DNA of 64,000 nucleotides from Marsupella aquatica (Eukaryota; Plantae; Marchantiophyta). The DNA lies in the NCBI GenBank assembly GCA_973895155.1, contig OZ316894.1, forward strand, positions 24,860,709 to 24,924,708, read 5' to 3'. Both the position numbers and the translations under genes were made by a program. The notes under the pieces are model-generated. The model saw nothing but the letters and a program-made list of their open reading frames with translations. It ran no database searches and was not told the DNA's origin. Below, piece by piece: positions 52,087 to 64,000 of this stretch. Numbering within the stretch: position 1 is the first letter of the stretch; each line of letters begins with the position of its first letter.

Positions 52087-52271
52087 GCTTTTTCAATTCT
52101 CATTCAAGTTTCATTTGTGTGCTTGGAGTGGATGTGAGCATTGGGATGGGGGATTGGGTGTAGTGATAGTGGGTAGGTTAGGGGGGGTTCTCTGCTTGGA
52201 AGGATGCACCTGCAATTTGGGGTTCAATTCCCCATCAGAGATTTGTTCATTACACTAAAATAGTAGAATAT

Positions 52272-52492
52272 CATATTGGTGGATTATTGATATAGGGTCC
52301 ATTTTTTATCACGTTGGAGAAGACACTAGCTATTTCCCAATGTTTGAGAATACACTCGGCTACTTTCATTTCCATATTGGTGATTATTGATATAGGGTCC
52401 ATTTTTTACCACGTTGGAGAAGACACTCCTTGAGAAGACACTTGCTATTTTCATTTCCCAATATTTGAGAATACACTCTGCTACTTTCATTT
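52272..52492. repeat. Subterminal ~100-bp direct repeat of the HUH element
   Basis: catattggtg.attattgatatagggtccatttttta.cacgttggagaagacact…tttgagaatacactc.gctactttcatttcc occurs twice. Confidence 0.8.
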
Positions 52493-53655
52493 CCCAAGGA
52501 AACAGGGTGATATCCAAAATGATTTTAAGGGGGTGCCATGGAACACTCATTTTCCTTAAAGGGGTAGTTTTAAAATTGGCAGCCTTGGTTTTATTAAAAA
52601 TTATAAGGGCCTAAAATAATTCAAAGAACACTTCCATTTGATACTGTTAAGTACATTAACAATTACATTAATGCAAAAAAATAAATTACAATCAAAAACA
52701 TGAAACGACGCTTCACCATATAGTAGCATCAAAAAATTTCAGATCTTGAACTGGGCATTCCCATAATGCTTTGAAAAATACAAAGGAAAAAATCACGAAG
52801 TGCATTAAGAAATAAAAGAGAGAAGCATTAAAAATCTCGAAAGGCATTTGAAAATTAAAAAGAGAAACGTTAAAGAGAGAAGCTCAAAGTCTTCATTCGA
52901 TTCTCTCTTATGAAGAGAGAAAGTCAAAGAGAGATGAAGTCAAAATGAAGTCAAAATGTTGACTTCATAAGACAGAATCGATTGAAGAAAGGCATTTAAA
53001 AATCAAAAAGAGAACGAAGCCGAAAAGAGAGAATGATATGAAGTCAACATTTTGAATCTGAGAGAAAAGTTTCTCTTGTACAGTCAACAGCGCATTCTGA
53101 ATCTGAGTGTGGAGACCACTCCTTCCCGTTGGATTGACTGCCGGACTGAGCTGGGAGAATGCATTCCAAATCTGAGTGTGAAGACCACTCCTTGCGGTTT
53201 GGATTGATTCCTGGACTGAGCTGTGAGAATGCAGAAGCTGGCTCAGACCCAGACCACTACTGTAGTTCCGGTTTAGATTTAGCTTAACTGAGCTAGGTCA
53301 ACAACCGAGTCTGAATTGAAAATGCAATAACGTGAGATTGAAAAAGCTGGCTCAGGCCCAGACCGCTACTTCCCGTTTAGATCTCATTTCAAGTCACCTA
53401 TATAATTACGAGAGCTCAGAGTTAAAATGCACTCCCGTTGTCGTTCATCACTCTTGATCCTTTCAAACTATTGTAGTATCTCGATTCACAACACCACTAT
53501 CGACTATTTCAATTCACAAGACCAATTTTGACTCATTGAAACGTATGTTAGATTCACAAGAATAGACAAGACTGGGTGATAAGTTTGACAGAGTGAGATC
53601 TCAATAAGGAGAGGTCGATCCTGAGTTTGCATTCATAGCAGCTCGAACACGAACA

Positions 53656-56280
53656 ATGCGGTCCCTTTCAGACCCTTCCCTCGGTGCCGGGGTGAAGACT
53701 GTCGTGGCTGTGACAATGCTATGGATGTACGCTAATAATGCTGCTCAGGCATTCACATGTCCGCCGGGCTTCATTAGTTTCGGAACTTCGCTCAGTGACA
53801 CGGGCAATGCGGCGTTTGCGTTCCCGGGAAATTTTACTTCTGAGAAGCTACCATACGGAGAGACATTCTTTGGCTCCGGCGCATATCGCTTCTCCGATGG
53901 ACGCCTCGTGGTCGACTTCTTCGGTTAGCTCATTCGACCCCTCCCTTAATTTGATCGATGCAAGCCCACTCACTGCATGACCCTGTTCTGCATCGTTCTT
54001 GTCCTGCAGGCAAGCTTTCACTGGTGCTATTACAACGGGAGGACGCAAAAGTTGAATTGATAGCGTCAGAGACTAATTCCCGTCAGTTTTTTTACCAACG
54101 ATGCTATCAGACTACGCTCTCTCCCATGACCATGAGCAGAATAAATCACAGTAGTTCGATGTCTACGAGCCAGACATTGTTCGATACACAGCAGTTCCAG
54201 TAGGAAATGGTCATGAGAAAAGTAACCAGAGACATGGAGTCAGCAGAACCGAATAGCTAGGGAGGCAGTAGGACCTCCATCGCACTTCCTGACGAGCCGG
54301 ACGTAGCTCAAACAGTGAAATGCTCTTTGATTCCTTCCCAATTGCGTTCTTACCGTAAGCTTGACATTGTAGCTTTTGCTTTTTTTCTGTGCTATCTTTG
54401 TACGATCATGTCGGCCTTGTTTTATGGTGCAGATCTGGCTTTTGGGTATCCGTTGCTCAGCTCGTATCTGCAGAGTGTTGCACCGGACTTTCGGCGTGGG
54501 GTGAACTTTGCAACGTCAGGAGCAACTGGGATAGCTGAGGCACCTGAGGTACCCTTCAATTTGGATGTACAAGTGAAGCAGTTCTCGAGGTTTAAACGCA
54601 GCACGCAGGTCGCAGAACGGGCTGCTGGTGAGAACTCATTCATTCCGTCCCTCTCCCTTCACACCACTGTAGCTTTCTGCGAATTTAATTTGTTCAGACC
54701 GGTGGTCACAACGAAAAAGAATCAAAGGGAGTCAGTACCAAAAACGAGAGGATCGAACTTGCCCTTGCCCTTCAGTCATCCTATGTACCCCTCTTCTAAT
54801 CTGAGCTACAGTGGTATCTCGATCACCGTCAATAACAGTATTTCCAGATTATCGAACTGAGTGGAATGCTCCTCCACCAGCTTAGAAGTGGAATTTGTTG
54901 AAAGTCAAAAGTACCCCATCATCATCTTAACATCATTCATTTCACGAGTGTAGGGGTGGCTGGTCAAGCAAAGTCATCGCTTCTGCACAATTCTGTCTTC
55001 ACCGATGGTCTGTATATCCTTTCATTCGGAAGAAACGACTTCACTTTTGGGTATGGATTGCAGGGATTCAACATAACGACAGCTATTTCAAGCCTCGTGC
55101 CTCGACTTGTGTTGTCCATTGTTGATGGCATCGAAGTGAGTAAAGGCTGAATTCCTTGTCTTCTTCACTCGTTTTTTTTCCAAGAAGTGAAATCGTGCCC
55201 TGCTTATTTGAAAGTGTGGCCTTCTGTGGAAATTCTGTTCACTGCAAAAATCCGTGCATGTGAGTTTTGAATTCAATCGGCTCTTAAGAGGAAGAAATCT
55301 TGGTGAAACTCCTTTGAGGGTGTTGGAGATTCATTACTGTGCACATTTCACAATATTTCATTTCAAGTCAGAATTATGTGAACTCAAATAGAATGACTTT
55401 CTTAAACTCTCTACTAAATTTCTCGAGAGTGCTCATGCTTTGGCTTGAGATATTTTTTATGCAAAACGAATCATATCTGAAATATGTTGTGGTCGAAAAT
55501 TGCAGACTTTGTACGCAGAGGGAGCAAGAAACTTCCTTGTTTTCAATGTTTCCCCGCAAGGATGCTCTCCTCAATATCTGACCGACTTCGGATCTTCAAA
55601 CCCGGCTGACTATGATGGGAATGGGTGTTTAATTGCATATAATCAAGTGATCCAACTTTTCAACGCTACATTAAAAGCAGCAGTCGATGGATTGCGAAGC
55701 AATCTGAGCGGGTCAATTATTTTGTATTTTGATTATTACCAAGCGACGATTGCTGTAATTGAAGATCCAGAATCATATGGTACGACTGATTTCCACCTCA
55801 CAGTTCCAGAAATACTTAACTCGGAAAGTTTTGACAGGTTAACAAGTACCTGTATTCTTGGCTGGCAATTGACACTTGTTTGAGTAACTACTGGTGTCTA
55901 AATTCCTTTCTGATTGACATTCTGACTAATGTGAGGCTACTGTAGGCTTTGCAGCGGCGACGATACTAGATGCCTGTTGTGGAGTTGGCGGAAAATATAA
56001 TTACAATCCAGATGTGCAATGCGCAGAAACTGGCAGCATCAACAATGTCACAGTATCAGTGGGGTCTTGTAGCAATCCAAACGAGTACATTAATTGGGAT
56101 GGTATTCACTTCACTGACGCTTTCAATGGAGTAATTGCAAAACTTCTTCTATCTGGACAGTTTTTAGATCCCCCCATCAATATGCAAACAAGTTGCAATC
56201 TTGATTTCAGCAAATTCACAGGGGTCAATTTCACTCAAGCTTACCCTAACGGCTACATTATAGACCCTCCCAGTTCTTGA
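53656..56280 (+). CDS. GDSL/SGNH esterase-lipase copy B; exons 53656-53923, 54433-54627, 54954-55135, 55506-55779, 55946-56280; 417 aa
   Basis: Exon lengths identical to copy A (268/195/182/274/335), GT-AG introns, intact FGTSLSDTGN, GRND and WDGIH motifs. Confidence 0.93.
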
Positions 56281-57559
56281 TAGCCTGATTGCATTGCATT
56301 GGACGGCTGACAAGGTGGTCCTCACCACACGTCCAGCATTAGCAATATTCACACCCCAGAAGCTTTGGGCATGATCGTTTTACTCGGTGTAGCTACTTAA
56401 GATTGGTGCCGTTGATAGCTCAGCAATCTTGCAGCAGAAAACATTCTAGAAGACTGTAAGTAGATGTGCAGAAGTCATTACCAGATGTTCTTCACAACTC
56501 TCAACAATGAGTTTGGAAATCATCGAACAAATTAATTGAGTTGAAAAGTCATTATGCATGCTTCAAAAGCTTCATTAAGTCCATACAAACTTCATACTGT
56601 GCCGGACAGAAGCGAAGATGGAACGCCCCAGTGTACAATGTAAAAATTTCTATTTGGTACCCTTTTGCAAGATTCAATCCACTATCGGTTCAATCTGGTG
56701 GCCAGTAAAAGTAGCTGACAGTGAACTCTTAACATTATTTTGCCTGAATCACCCCCTTCAGGAAATCAGTTGAACCTCGACTTAGGCACTCTACGAAGCC
56801 ACCAAAACTAAAACCCACACTTATGTTACGGTATCAATGCGCCAGTTGAACTACGGTAGCTTGGTGTCATCGCTAAGAACAACATCATCCTTTACATTGT
56901 TCTGCAGTAAAACAATACATTCCCGATCAATAAATGAACAGCTCAACAGTATGAAGTGGGCTGCTGAGAGAAGGGACCAGACCAGGGATTTTTCTTCGGC
57001 CAAATTTTCGCCAAATTCCCAAGATCTGGGCTGGCTACGATTAGGAAGGGAAACTATGAGATTTATCTGTCGGAGCAAATTCGCCACCTTCCTTACTCCT
57101 TTGAGACTCTAGTCACCGGATCCGACAATACTCCTTAAATCTCCAAAGATCGAACAATGCACTCTTTGAAGATATACACTAACGCGGCCTGAGCTATGGT
57201 AGCTTGTAGAGTAGAGCAAACATTACTGAGACCCTAGCTAGCTAGAGACCGCAACACATTGCATTACTTCAACAAATAAACTACAGTAGTGGGAGAGAAT
57301 ATGGGGTTTCCTTGAATTGAGGAACAGGTAGATAGGTCAACTTCAACTAATTCAATTTGTTGGGATTCGCAAGTTGAGATGGAAGATTCGAGAATAGAAT
57401 TGGGGCGACGAGACTCAGAAGCTACCCACCTAGGAATTCTACTAGCACTACGGAATGAAGACAGTCTATCAGGCATAGTATGAAGCTGTAGCTGAGAATT
57501 GTTATGAGCAAATCCCTGCGTGGTCAGAATTGGATGCTGCGCTGTACAACTGTTCTGCT

Positions 57560-59050
57560 ATCGGAAGATGGTCGACGTGTTGCAAAATTTATCGTAAGAT
57601 TGTCGCAATGTCCCTCAAAAACGGCATTTCTCTTAAAATTAACGGAATTTCTCTTGATATTCATCATTCTCATTGCATACTTTCCGAGCAAAGACCTTTC
57701 CAAATTTTAGCTCCTGGAAAGAGCTTTTCCCTTGATCAACTTGCAAAAAATTGACCAAGTCTCAAGATCTCCTTCACAACGTTTTAAAAAGTTGATTCTA
57801 AGTTATCAGCCTTGACTGTTTTTGTGCAACTATTTTTCCTCCTTGTTGGTTGCCTACAACCATTCATTTCGAAAAACTCCCCCAGCTATCCTAGAATTGT
57901 GAAGAATTGTTGTTATGCTGGAGACTTATCCAATAAATTCAAAAAAGCTCTATCCACACTGATGTCAATTTATTTCATCCACCTAAGATCCAGGCGACCC
58001 TTCTCACGTTTAAAGCTCACATTTAAAGTCTGTACTTCCTGTCATGAGATCTGACTTTGTTTCAGGAATTTTTCCCATGATGAACCTGAAGTTGCCATTT
58101 CAGAATTGGCATGAAAGTGGAACTTTAACGAGCACGGCCATAGCTCCCAGCCGTTACTGGAAGACGCAGCTCTCTCTCTTCCTCTTTTCGTCTTCTAGGA
58201 CCATACCTATGGGAGCACAATGGGTTCACAAGACGATGGGCTCTTGTTCTGACCTGAGAAAGTGGTACTCCATCACTTACCACAAGCTTGCTCGCCTCGT
58301 TGGTAGACCCATATTTGAAACTTGACACAGACCGATGTGCCCCACACATGGGCGTGGCCGATCCCCTGCCGCAAACACTAGTGCACATTCCTCGTTGGGC
58401 GAGGCATACCTTTCCGCACCAGGAAGGCACGCACCTGGTCAACCCTCTATTCTCCCAGCGCATCGATAGACGCCCTTTCCGTCCATCTAGAGCCTCGCTT
58501 TACTCCGCAATCTTGATGGTACCTTCAATTCAGCTGAGTCTGCTGTCCTCTCCGGGAAAATTTCTCACGTACCACTTTCCGAAACACCCAACAAATATAC
58601 TGTCGGGACCGCCTCGAACGAAATCCTTTTCATTGGACTCAATCCAGCACAATCCTTGCAGCACTGACTTACCAAGGAATGGACACTTATAAACATGTAG
58701 CCATAATCCCTCCGTCGTTGCTTTTTGGGAGGAATGGCTGGCTACTGGGCTCCTTGTCTCCGCACTTCTCCGCGAGAAGATCTTTCCCAAACTATCTGGT
58801 AGACTCTTCAATTCGCTGCAGTCGTCAAGTATTACTGCTCTCAGAGACGAAATGCACCCTATTCTGTCCGGAAGGGTCTTTAAACGTTCACAGTTTCGAA
58901 TCCGAAGGATTTCTAGAGAGGAGAAGTCACCAAGCTCTTCTGGTAAACTGCTCAGCATTTCCGCCCGAACATCGAGTTTCTTCAGCGCTGGAAGCTGCCC
59001 TACGCAAGCCGGCAACCTTTGCAACTTATTGGCCTTGATAGACAGTTTCC
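57560..59050 (-). pseudogene. Plant NLR-type leucine-rich-repeat fragment or pseudogene
   Basis: 58780-59050 encodes LPACVGQLPALKKLDVRAEMLSSLPEELGDFSSLEILRIRNCERLKTLPDRIGCISSLRAVILDDCSELKSLPDSLG. Weaker stop-riddled LRR-like frames lie at 57560-58050. No start codon or NB-ARC domain seen. Confidence 0.7.
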
Positions 59051-59100
59051 AGTGAAGATCACCCCAAGTGGCTAGGGTGGTGCTTGGGGCTGATTCTCAC

Positions 59101-59330
59101 TCAAAACATTCTGGCTTGTATACTCGCTCTCCGGTGACTGGAAATGAATTAGTGAAGGGGACGTTCTGGCTTGCTCCAGGTGATCCTAATTCAGATCATC
59201 CCGAGTGACTTGGGTGGTTTTTGGGGCTGATTGTAAGTCAAAACATTCTGGCTTGTATACGTGCTCTCGGGTGAGTGGAATGACTTAGTTAAGGGGACGT
59301 CCGGGCTTGCTCCAGGTGATTCTAATTCAA
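59101..59330. repeat. ~93-bp direct repeat pair
   Basis: tcaaaacattctggcttgtatac…aaggggacgt…ggcttgctccaggtgat.ctaattca at 59101 and ~59238. Confidence 0.8.
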
Positions 59331-59854
59331 AACACCCGATGTACCGCCTGTAACAACTAGGTTTGACATGCTCTGGGAATAGGGACACGCTAACCCTTCC
59401 TCCAGCTCCCAACCCTGCCCTGCTGCATCAGCACGCCTTCGTAGTACCTCAACCCAACCTTTTGTGCAGGCCTGGACCAGCCTGACCTACCTTTTCCACC
59501 ATAGGAAGCCCTTCATTGGATCGAAGTGTGCAAGGCGGGAGCAAAATCCTCTCGTGTCAAGTGTGTGTGGTAGTTTGCCGCATAACAAGTACTTGCATTC
59601 ACTTTCACAAGGGTGAAATTTACAAACGGCATCACGAGTTAGGAATCTTACTCGGCCTTCACCCCAAGGTTCAGTATACAATGTAGCTAACACCCTGAGG
59701 TATCCAAGGTGCAATACATCATTCTACTACATCCTGACTACCTTCCATAACTCGTGAAGATATTCTCCAATCCATCAAAGTATTTCTGAAGAGGAGAAAG
59801 TACCTTGCTGCGCTTCTATCCGACACCATCCATTGGCTAAACCTTACACCCTAT

Positions 59855-61389
59855 TCAAATGCTAGTATTCATTCTCTTTTCTTTGAACATTGTTACAAGG
59901 GATGCATTGACCCATTCCATTGCAGTTGTTGAACAAAAAGCAATCTGCAACAAATCAGGTTCTCTTTCTGTAACTGTCCCCCGCAACCTACTAGGGAAGC
60001 ACATGGGACCAATAACAATATCCCAAGAATGTTCTTCATCGAACATGTTTCCTTCATAGAACTTTTTCCAATCATTGTGTTCATCCTGGAAGACTCGTAC
60101 CTTAAACCTGTGTCCAGAGGGCGTACAGGAATTTCCATGAAGTACTCCAAGATCTAACATGAAGTGGAAAAGTACAACTGGATCCTCCCTAGGTCTTGTC
60201 AGATGATTGAAGAGAGGAAACTCGTAAGCTGCCTGCACATTGTTAGTCATATAAAATGCTGGATTCACCAAAAATTCCGTATGGTATTTTCTAGGTTCAA
60301 TCCCTCGTCGACAGAAGCTGCTGATAAAGCTATCACGTGTGCCATGATAAAAAGAACTTGTCTGCTGTCCTTCAATGGGTGCCAAACTGTAACTGATATG
60401 GTGAGCACAAAGCTTTGAATCTGCAGAAAACAATGCTGATCGTTCTTTAATTAACATCTTTCGATTTCTGTCATTCCTTGGAGGGGTTATAAACGCTGGC
60501 ATCTCAATCAAAATGCTCACAACCGTTTGAAAATAATCCTTCGTTGCCCTTGTTCTATAGTTGAATTGGTCTTCATCACTCCCACCTCCACCACTGGTCT
60601 TGTTCGAGCCCTCACCTCCACCACTGCTGCTGTTTTGGCCATCACCTTCACCTGGTCGACCTCCAATCAATAACTGGTCTTGCTGTTCTGAACCACCACC
60701 TCCACATGTTCGAATTCCACTCTTTGCTTGGGCTCGTGGTTCCTCCTGATTTCCACCAATTTGCACTTGCCCATTGGATTCCCTGGATTTGATCTGCTCC
60801 TCCTTCAAGTATGCACCAAATCTGAGGTCGTATAGAATAGTTTCGAAAATTGCTTTTTTCGACTGGACAAATAGAGTTTCAATCCCAAGTTCTGAATTCT
60901 TCAAGTCTTCTATATTTGCACAAATTTGACTCATCACTATGTCAGATAGAATGGGTAGAAATGAATCCAGAAGATCCTCTACTGAAGTTGCAGGTCCTCT
61001 CACATCTTCATCGTTCAGTTCTTGTAAGGCTTCTAAAGCATGATCCCAAATAGTGAATGAAAACAACCAATCATCACAAAGATCCAAAAACGACCTCCTA
61101 AATACTTCTTCCACAGGAATTCTATTCCTCAACCTAGGGGTCCGTGGCACAATCTCCTCCCATCCCTTAGCCCATGGAACCTGCAAAGAAGAATCCGAGC
61201 CAACTATCCGTGGCAGACACGAAGAAGGTTGTATTGCGAAACCATCTCTATCCGCAAAGAACTGCACACACAATGAGATACAATGAGATTGATATTCAAA
61301 CCGATCCTTAAAAAAACCTAGAACATTTTGCAGCACTCAACAAGAAGAAGAAGAGGTCTTAAGATGAAGGGCAGGAGGATTCTCACCAT
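59855..61389 (-). CDS. Putative ADP-ribosyltransferase-fold (DUF3990-like) protein, ~469 aa; model: ATG micro-exon 61389-61387, intron, exon 61261-59855
   Basis: Uninterrupted 1.4-kb frame; ACAATG|GTGAGA donor and TGTGCAG|TTC acceptor give an in-frame M-FFADRDG start. The C-terminal domain has FYHGT, AFYMTNNVQAAYEF, DWKKF, WDIVIGPM and QIAFCSTTAMEW, joined by a Gly/Ser linker to a helical N-terminal domain. Confidence 0.7.
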
Positions 61390-62899
61390 TGTGCTGGCAG
61401 AAGTGTCACAAATGAGCTCGAGGAAATTGTGATCTTCTCCATAATGCCATACAGAACCAGTAACCCGAATAGGGATCGCAATCAGACAAAACTTTCACAA
61501 TCGAAGCCTAAATCGAAGAATTGATGCAGGACACAAATTTACTCACTTCAAGTACTGTTGGATACAGGAAGAAACCAAACACGACTACCTTGTCCAAGCC
61601 GACAGGCCCGAGGGAGGTTTTCACAATGTTGGCCAGCGCTTGACAGGGCATAACTGCACATTTCTCCAAAACACACAGATGAGCTTCAATTTGTAATTAA
61701 ATTCCGAAACGAGAAATTAAGCATCGATTCCAGCAGAGAGCTCTGGCATCAAGCAATTACACATCCCGCCCAAGCAGTGGAGAGAACGCGACGAAAATGA
61801 ATCCACACTAAGCGTACAGCAGCGCCAACCCAATTCGGTATGTTTCACAACCGATTAGAGTAACACAGTTGTGACAAAACCTCAAATATGTTCCGTAATG
61901 CAGAGGTCTAGAAATGTAACAGACATCTCACGTCACCGGCAGTCAGATAGATCTGCATCTTGAAATGTAACAGACGTCTCACATGACCAGCAGCCAGATA
62001 GATAGACAGGGCCCGGCATACCATTTTGAATCCGCACACCCTGCCCTGTCGATCTCCAAACAAGTCCACGTCTGCCAGTAGAACCACAACCGAACCACCG
62101 ATACCACCTGAACATCCTCAATCCCGCTGAAACATCGCAACATATGAAATGGATCCTTTGATCTCCTCCTTCTTCCCATTCAGGTACGAAATGCTCCGTT
62201 TTCAGTCCGCAGCCTCGTTATCGACCTCACTGACGGCCCCTCCATCCGCAATCGCACCGCCGAGCCTTTTCCATTACAAACCTAAAATGGCAAACGAGAC
62301 CGCATATCCCGCTTGTTTACCCCCCCTGCCCGAGTGGTCGTCCCTTGCTGCTGATTCGTCGGAACAGAAGAAGCTTCGTCACCTTCGTCTCACACCGAGA
62401 CAGGAACATAACAGCTAGAGAAAGGCTCATCCACGAACATAATCATGAATAGATCCAATCCTAGAAGCACATCTCGAATGCCACAGAAACCATCAATCGA
62501 AAAACGCATCATCGCTAGCTTCTCCTCCCCTCCCCACCCTGTCCCTTTTCCTTCGCTTCGCTCTGGCGAGAATGAACATCAGTGCAAGGTAAAACCCTCA
62601 CTGGCTCAGAAGCCCGTGCATTCAAATCATGGAGTTCTCCAGGGCTGCCATAGCAATCCCACCGAGGTTGCAACTGAGATCCCCTAGAATGTGAAGCTAG
62701 CTTTTTCTTTTCCTCGAAAAAACGCTTTGAATGAAATGCCATTTGCTTTAGATTTCATCAGGGCGCTTTGTTTCGAGTCATAGGACAGGTTTGGTTTCAC
62801 ATGGATATTGAGGTGTCATTTGTACCACAGAAAATCTCAATAAATGGAGAGTAGAAGGTATATGTTAGAGTGCCAAAGGGCAAAAATGCCTAGCTGGGC

Positions 62900-64000
62900 A
62901 CCGATCGCTTCTTTAAATCCTTTCGGAGCTTAGCTATCAACAACACGATTCATCAACTGTTCAACGATGAGGACCAGCTAGTCCACGAATGGGATGACAT
63001 GGCTGTAACTGCGACCACTTTTTTTGGGAAAATCCTTGGGCACTCAGCTGGCTTACATCCTGAACAACTGGCGAGGGTACTGGCGTTGCAAACTGAGTCC
63101 ATCTCAGAGGAGGATAGGGCACATTTGAATGCACCGCTCACATTGGAGGAGCTCAGGCTGGCGGCTTCTGCTCTAGCGAAGAACAAATGCCCTGGTCCCG
63201 ATGGTGTCCCAGCAGAATTCTTTGTGGCAAACTGGAATACAGTTGGAACTTCACTGCACAGGACCCTGCTCTTGGGTATGTCATCCGAAGGTTTCTTACC
63301 GGAATTTACCAGAGGCCTTATTGTTCTATTGAGCAAGAAGGACGATCAACGTCGTCTTACTAACAAGCGGCCCATCACTCTACTGAACGTGATCTATAAA
63401 ATCGGGGCCACGTGATCTATAAAATCGGGGCCACGTGATCTATAAAATCGGGGCCAAAGCCTTTCAGATGCGCCTTACACCAATTCTCCAACATTTTATT
63501 ACGCCCCAGCAATTCCCCTTTCTCCCGGGCAGAAATATACACCATTCACTTATGTTACTCAATGAGTCAATACATCAAGCGTCATCTATTGGCCTCGATT
63601 ACATCTTCATGAAACTGGATGTTACTAAGGCTTTCGATAAGCTGGAGTGGAGCTTTCTCTTATCTCTCCTGGAGAGGGTGGGCTTTGGTGGGCAGCTCAC
63701 ACAGTTTTTGTAGGCAACTCATGCCTCGGCTACATCGTCAATACTCCTCAATGGTAAGATGGCTACCCCATTCGGACTTGCACGTTCCATCAGACAGGGC
63801 ACACAGTTTTTGCAGGCAACTCACGCCTCGGCTACATCGTCAATACTCCTCAATGGTAAGATGGCTACCCCATTCGGACTTGCACATTCCATCAGACAGG
63901 GCTGCCCACTATCGCCACTGCTGTTCTTGATAGCCATCGATGCCCTCAGTCGCATGATTCTTTGGGAAGCTGAAAGGGGATCCATTTAGGGGGTGTTTTT
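62900..64000 (+). mobile_element. L1-like LINE ORF2 reverse transcriptase fragment (5' truncated, disrupted, runs off the window)
   Basis: KCPGPDG, RPITLLNVIYKI, KLDVTKAFDKLEW and SIRQGCPLSPLLF motifs; disrupted by internal tandem duplications and stops. Confidence 0.92.

Larger units (their letters stand above)
47888..52739 (+). mobile_element. Replitron-type HUH-endonuclease DNA transposon (~4.85 kb)
   Basis: Flanked by a 26-bp direct repeat CAGATCTTGAACTGGGCATTCCCATA (47862-47887, 52740-52765) that is single-copy at the paralogous empty site (~39414-39439). CCATATAG at 47883-47890 and 52716-52723. Encodes a Y1 HUH protein with no helicase; no TIRs or LTRs. Confidence 0.85.
43855..57289. 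repeat. Tandem segmental duplication, unit B
   Basis: Collinear with unit A. Lacks the LINE, the copia region and a ~630-bp intron segment, but carries the HUH element. Confidence 0.92.

Noticed and set aside
52890-52988. 26-bp inverted repeat upstream of GDSL copy B
   Set aside because: Appears to be a local template-switch rearrangement of sequence that is single-copy in unit A; no TSD or miRNA-like long stem.

Overview
Eukaryotic, intron-containing, TE-rich DNA from a land plant, most likely a non-seed plant such as a bryophyte or liverwort (inferred from gene content and the Replitron-type element). The window opens with the last exon of spliceosomal SmD1. It continues through repeat-rich and decayed sequence (1-22 kb), then a tandem segmental duplication (unit A ~22.2-43.85 kb, unit B ~43.85-57.3 kb). 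Each unit carries a minus-strand 2-exon class I SAM methyltransferase (intact in A, pseudogene in B) and a plus-strand 5-exon GDSL/SGNH hydrolase (intact in both). Unit A contains LINE fragments, a solo LTR, a Helitron-like 3' end and a full-length decayed Ty1/copia element with a nested MITE. Unit B contains a 4.85-kb insertion encoding a single-Tyr HUH (Rep) endonuclease of Replitron type, with an overlapping upstream SWIM-like ORF, internal satellites, an 8-bp (sub)terminal direct repeat and a 26-bp target duplication; the empty site is visible in unit A. After the duplication come LRR remnants, an apparently intact gene with a DUF3990-like ADP-ribosyltransferase-type C-terminal domain, and a LINE RT fragment with internal tandem duplications. 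All family assignments come from motif recognition by eye; no database searches were run.
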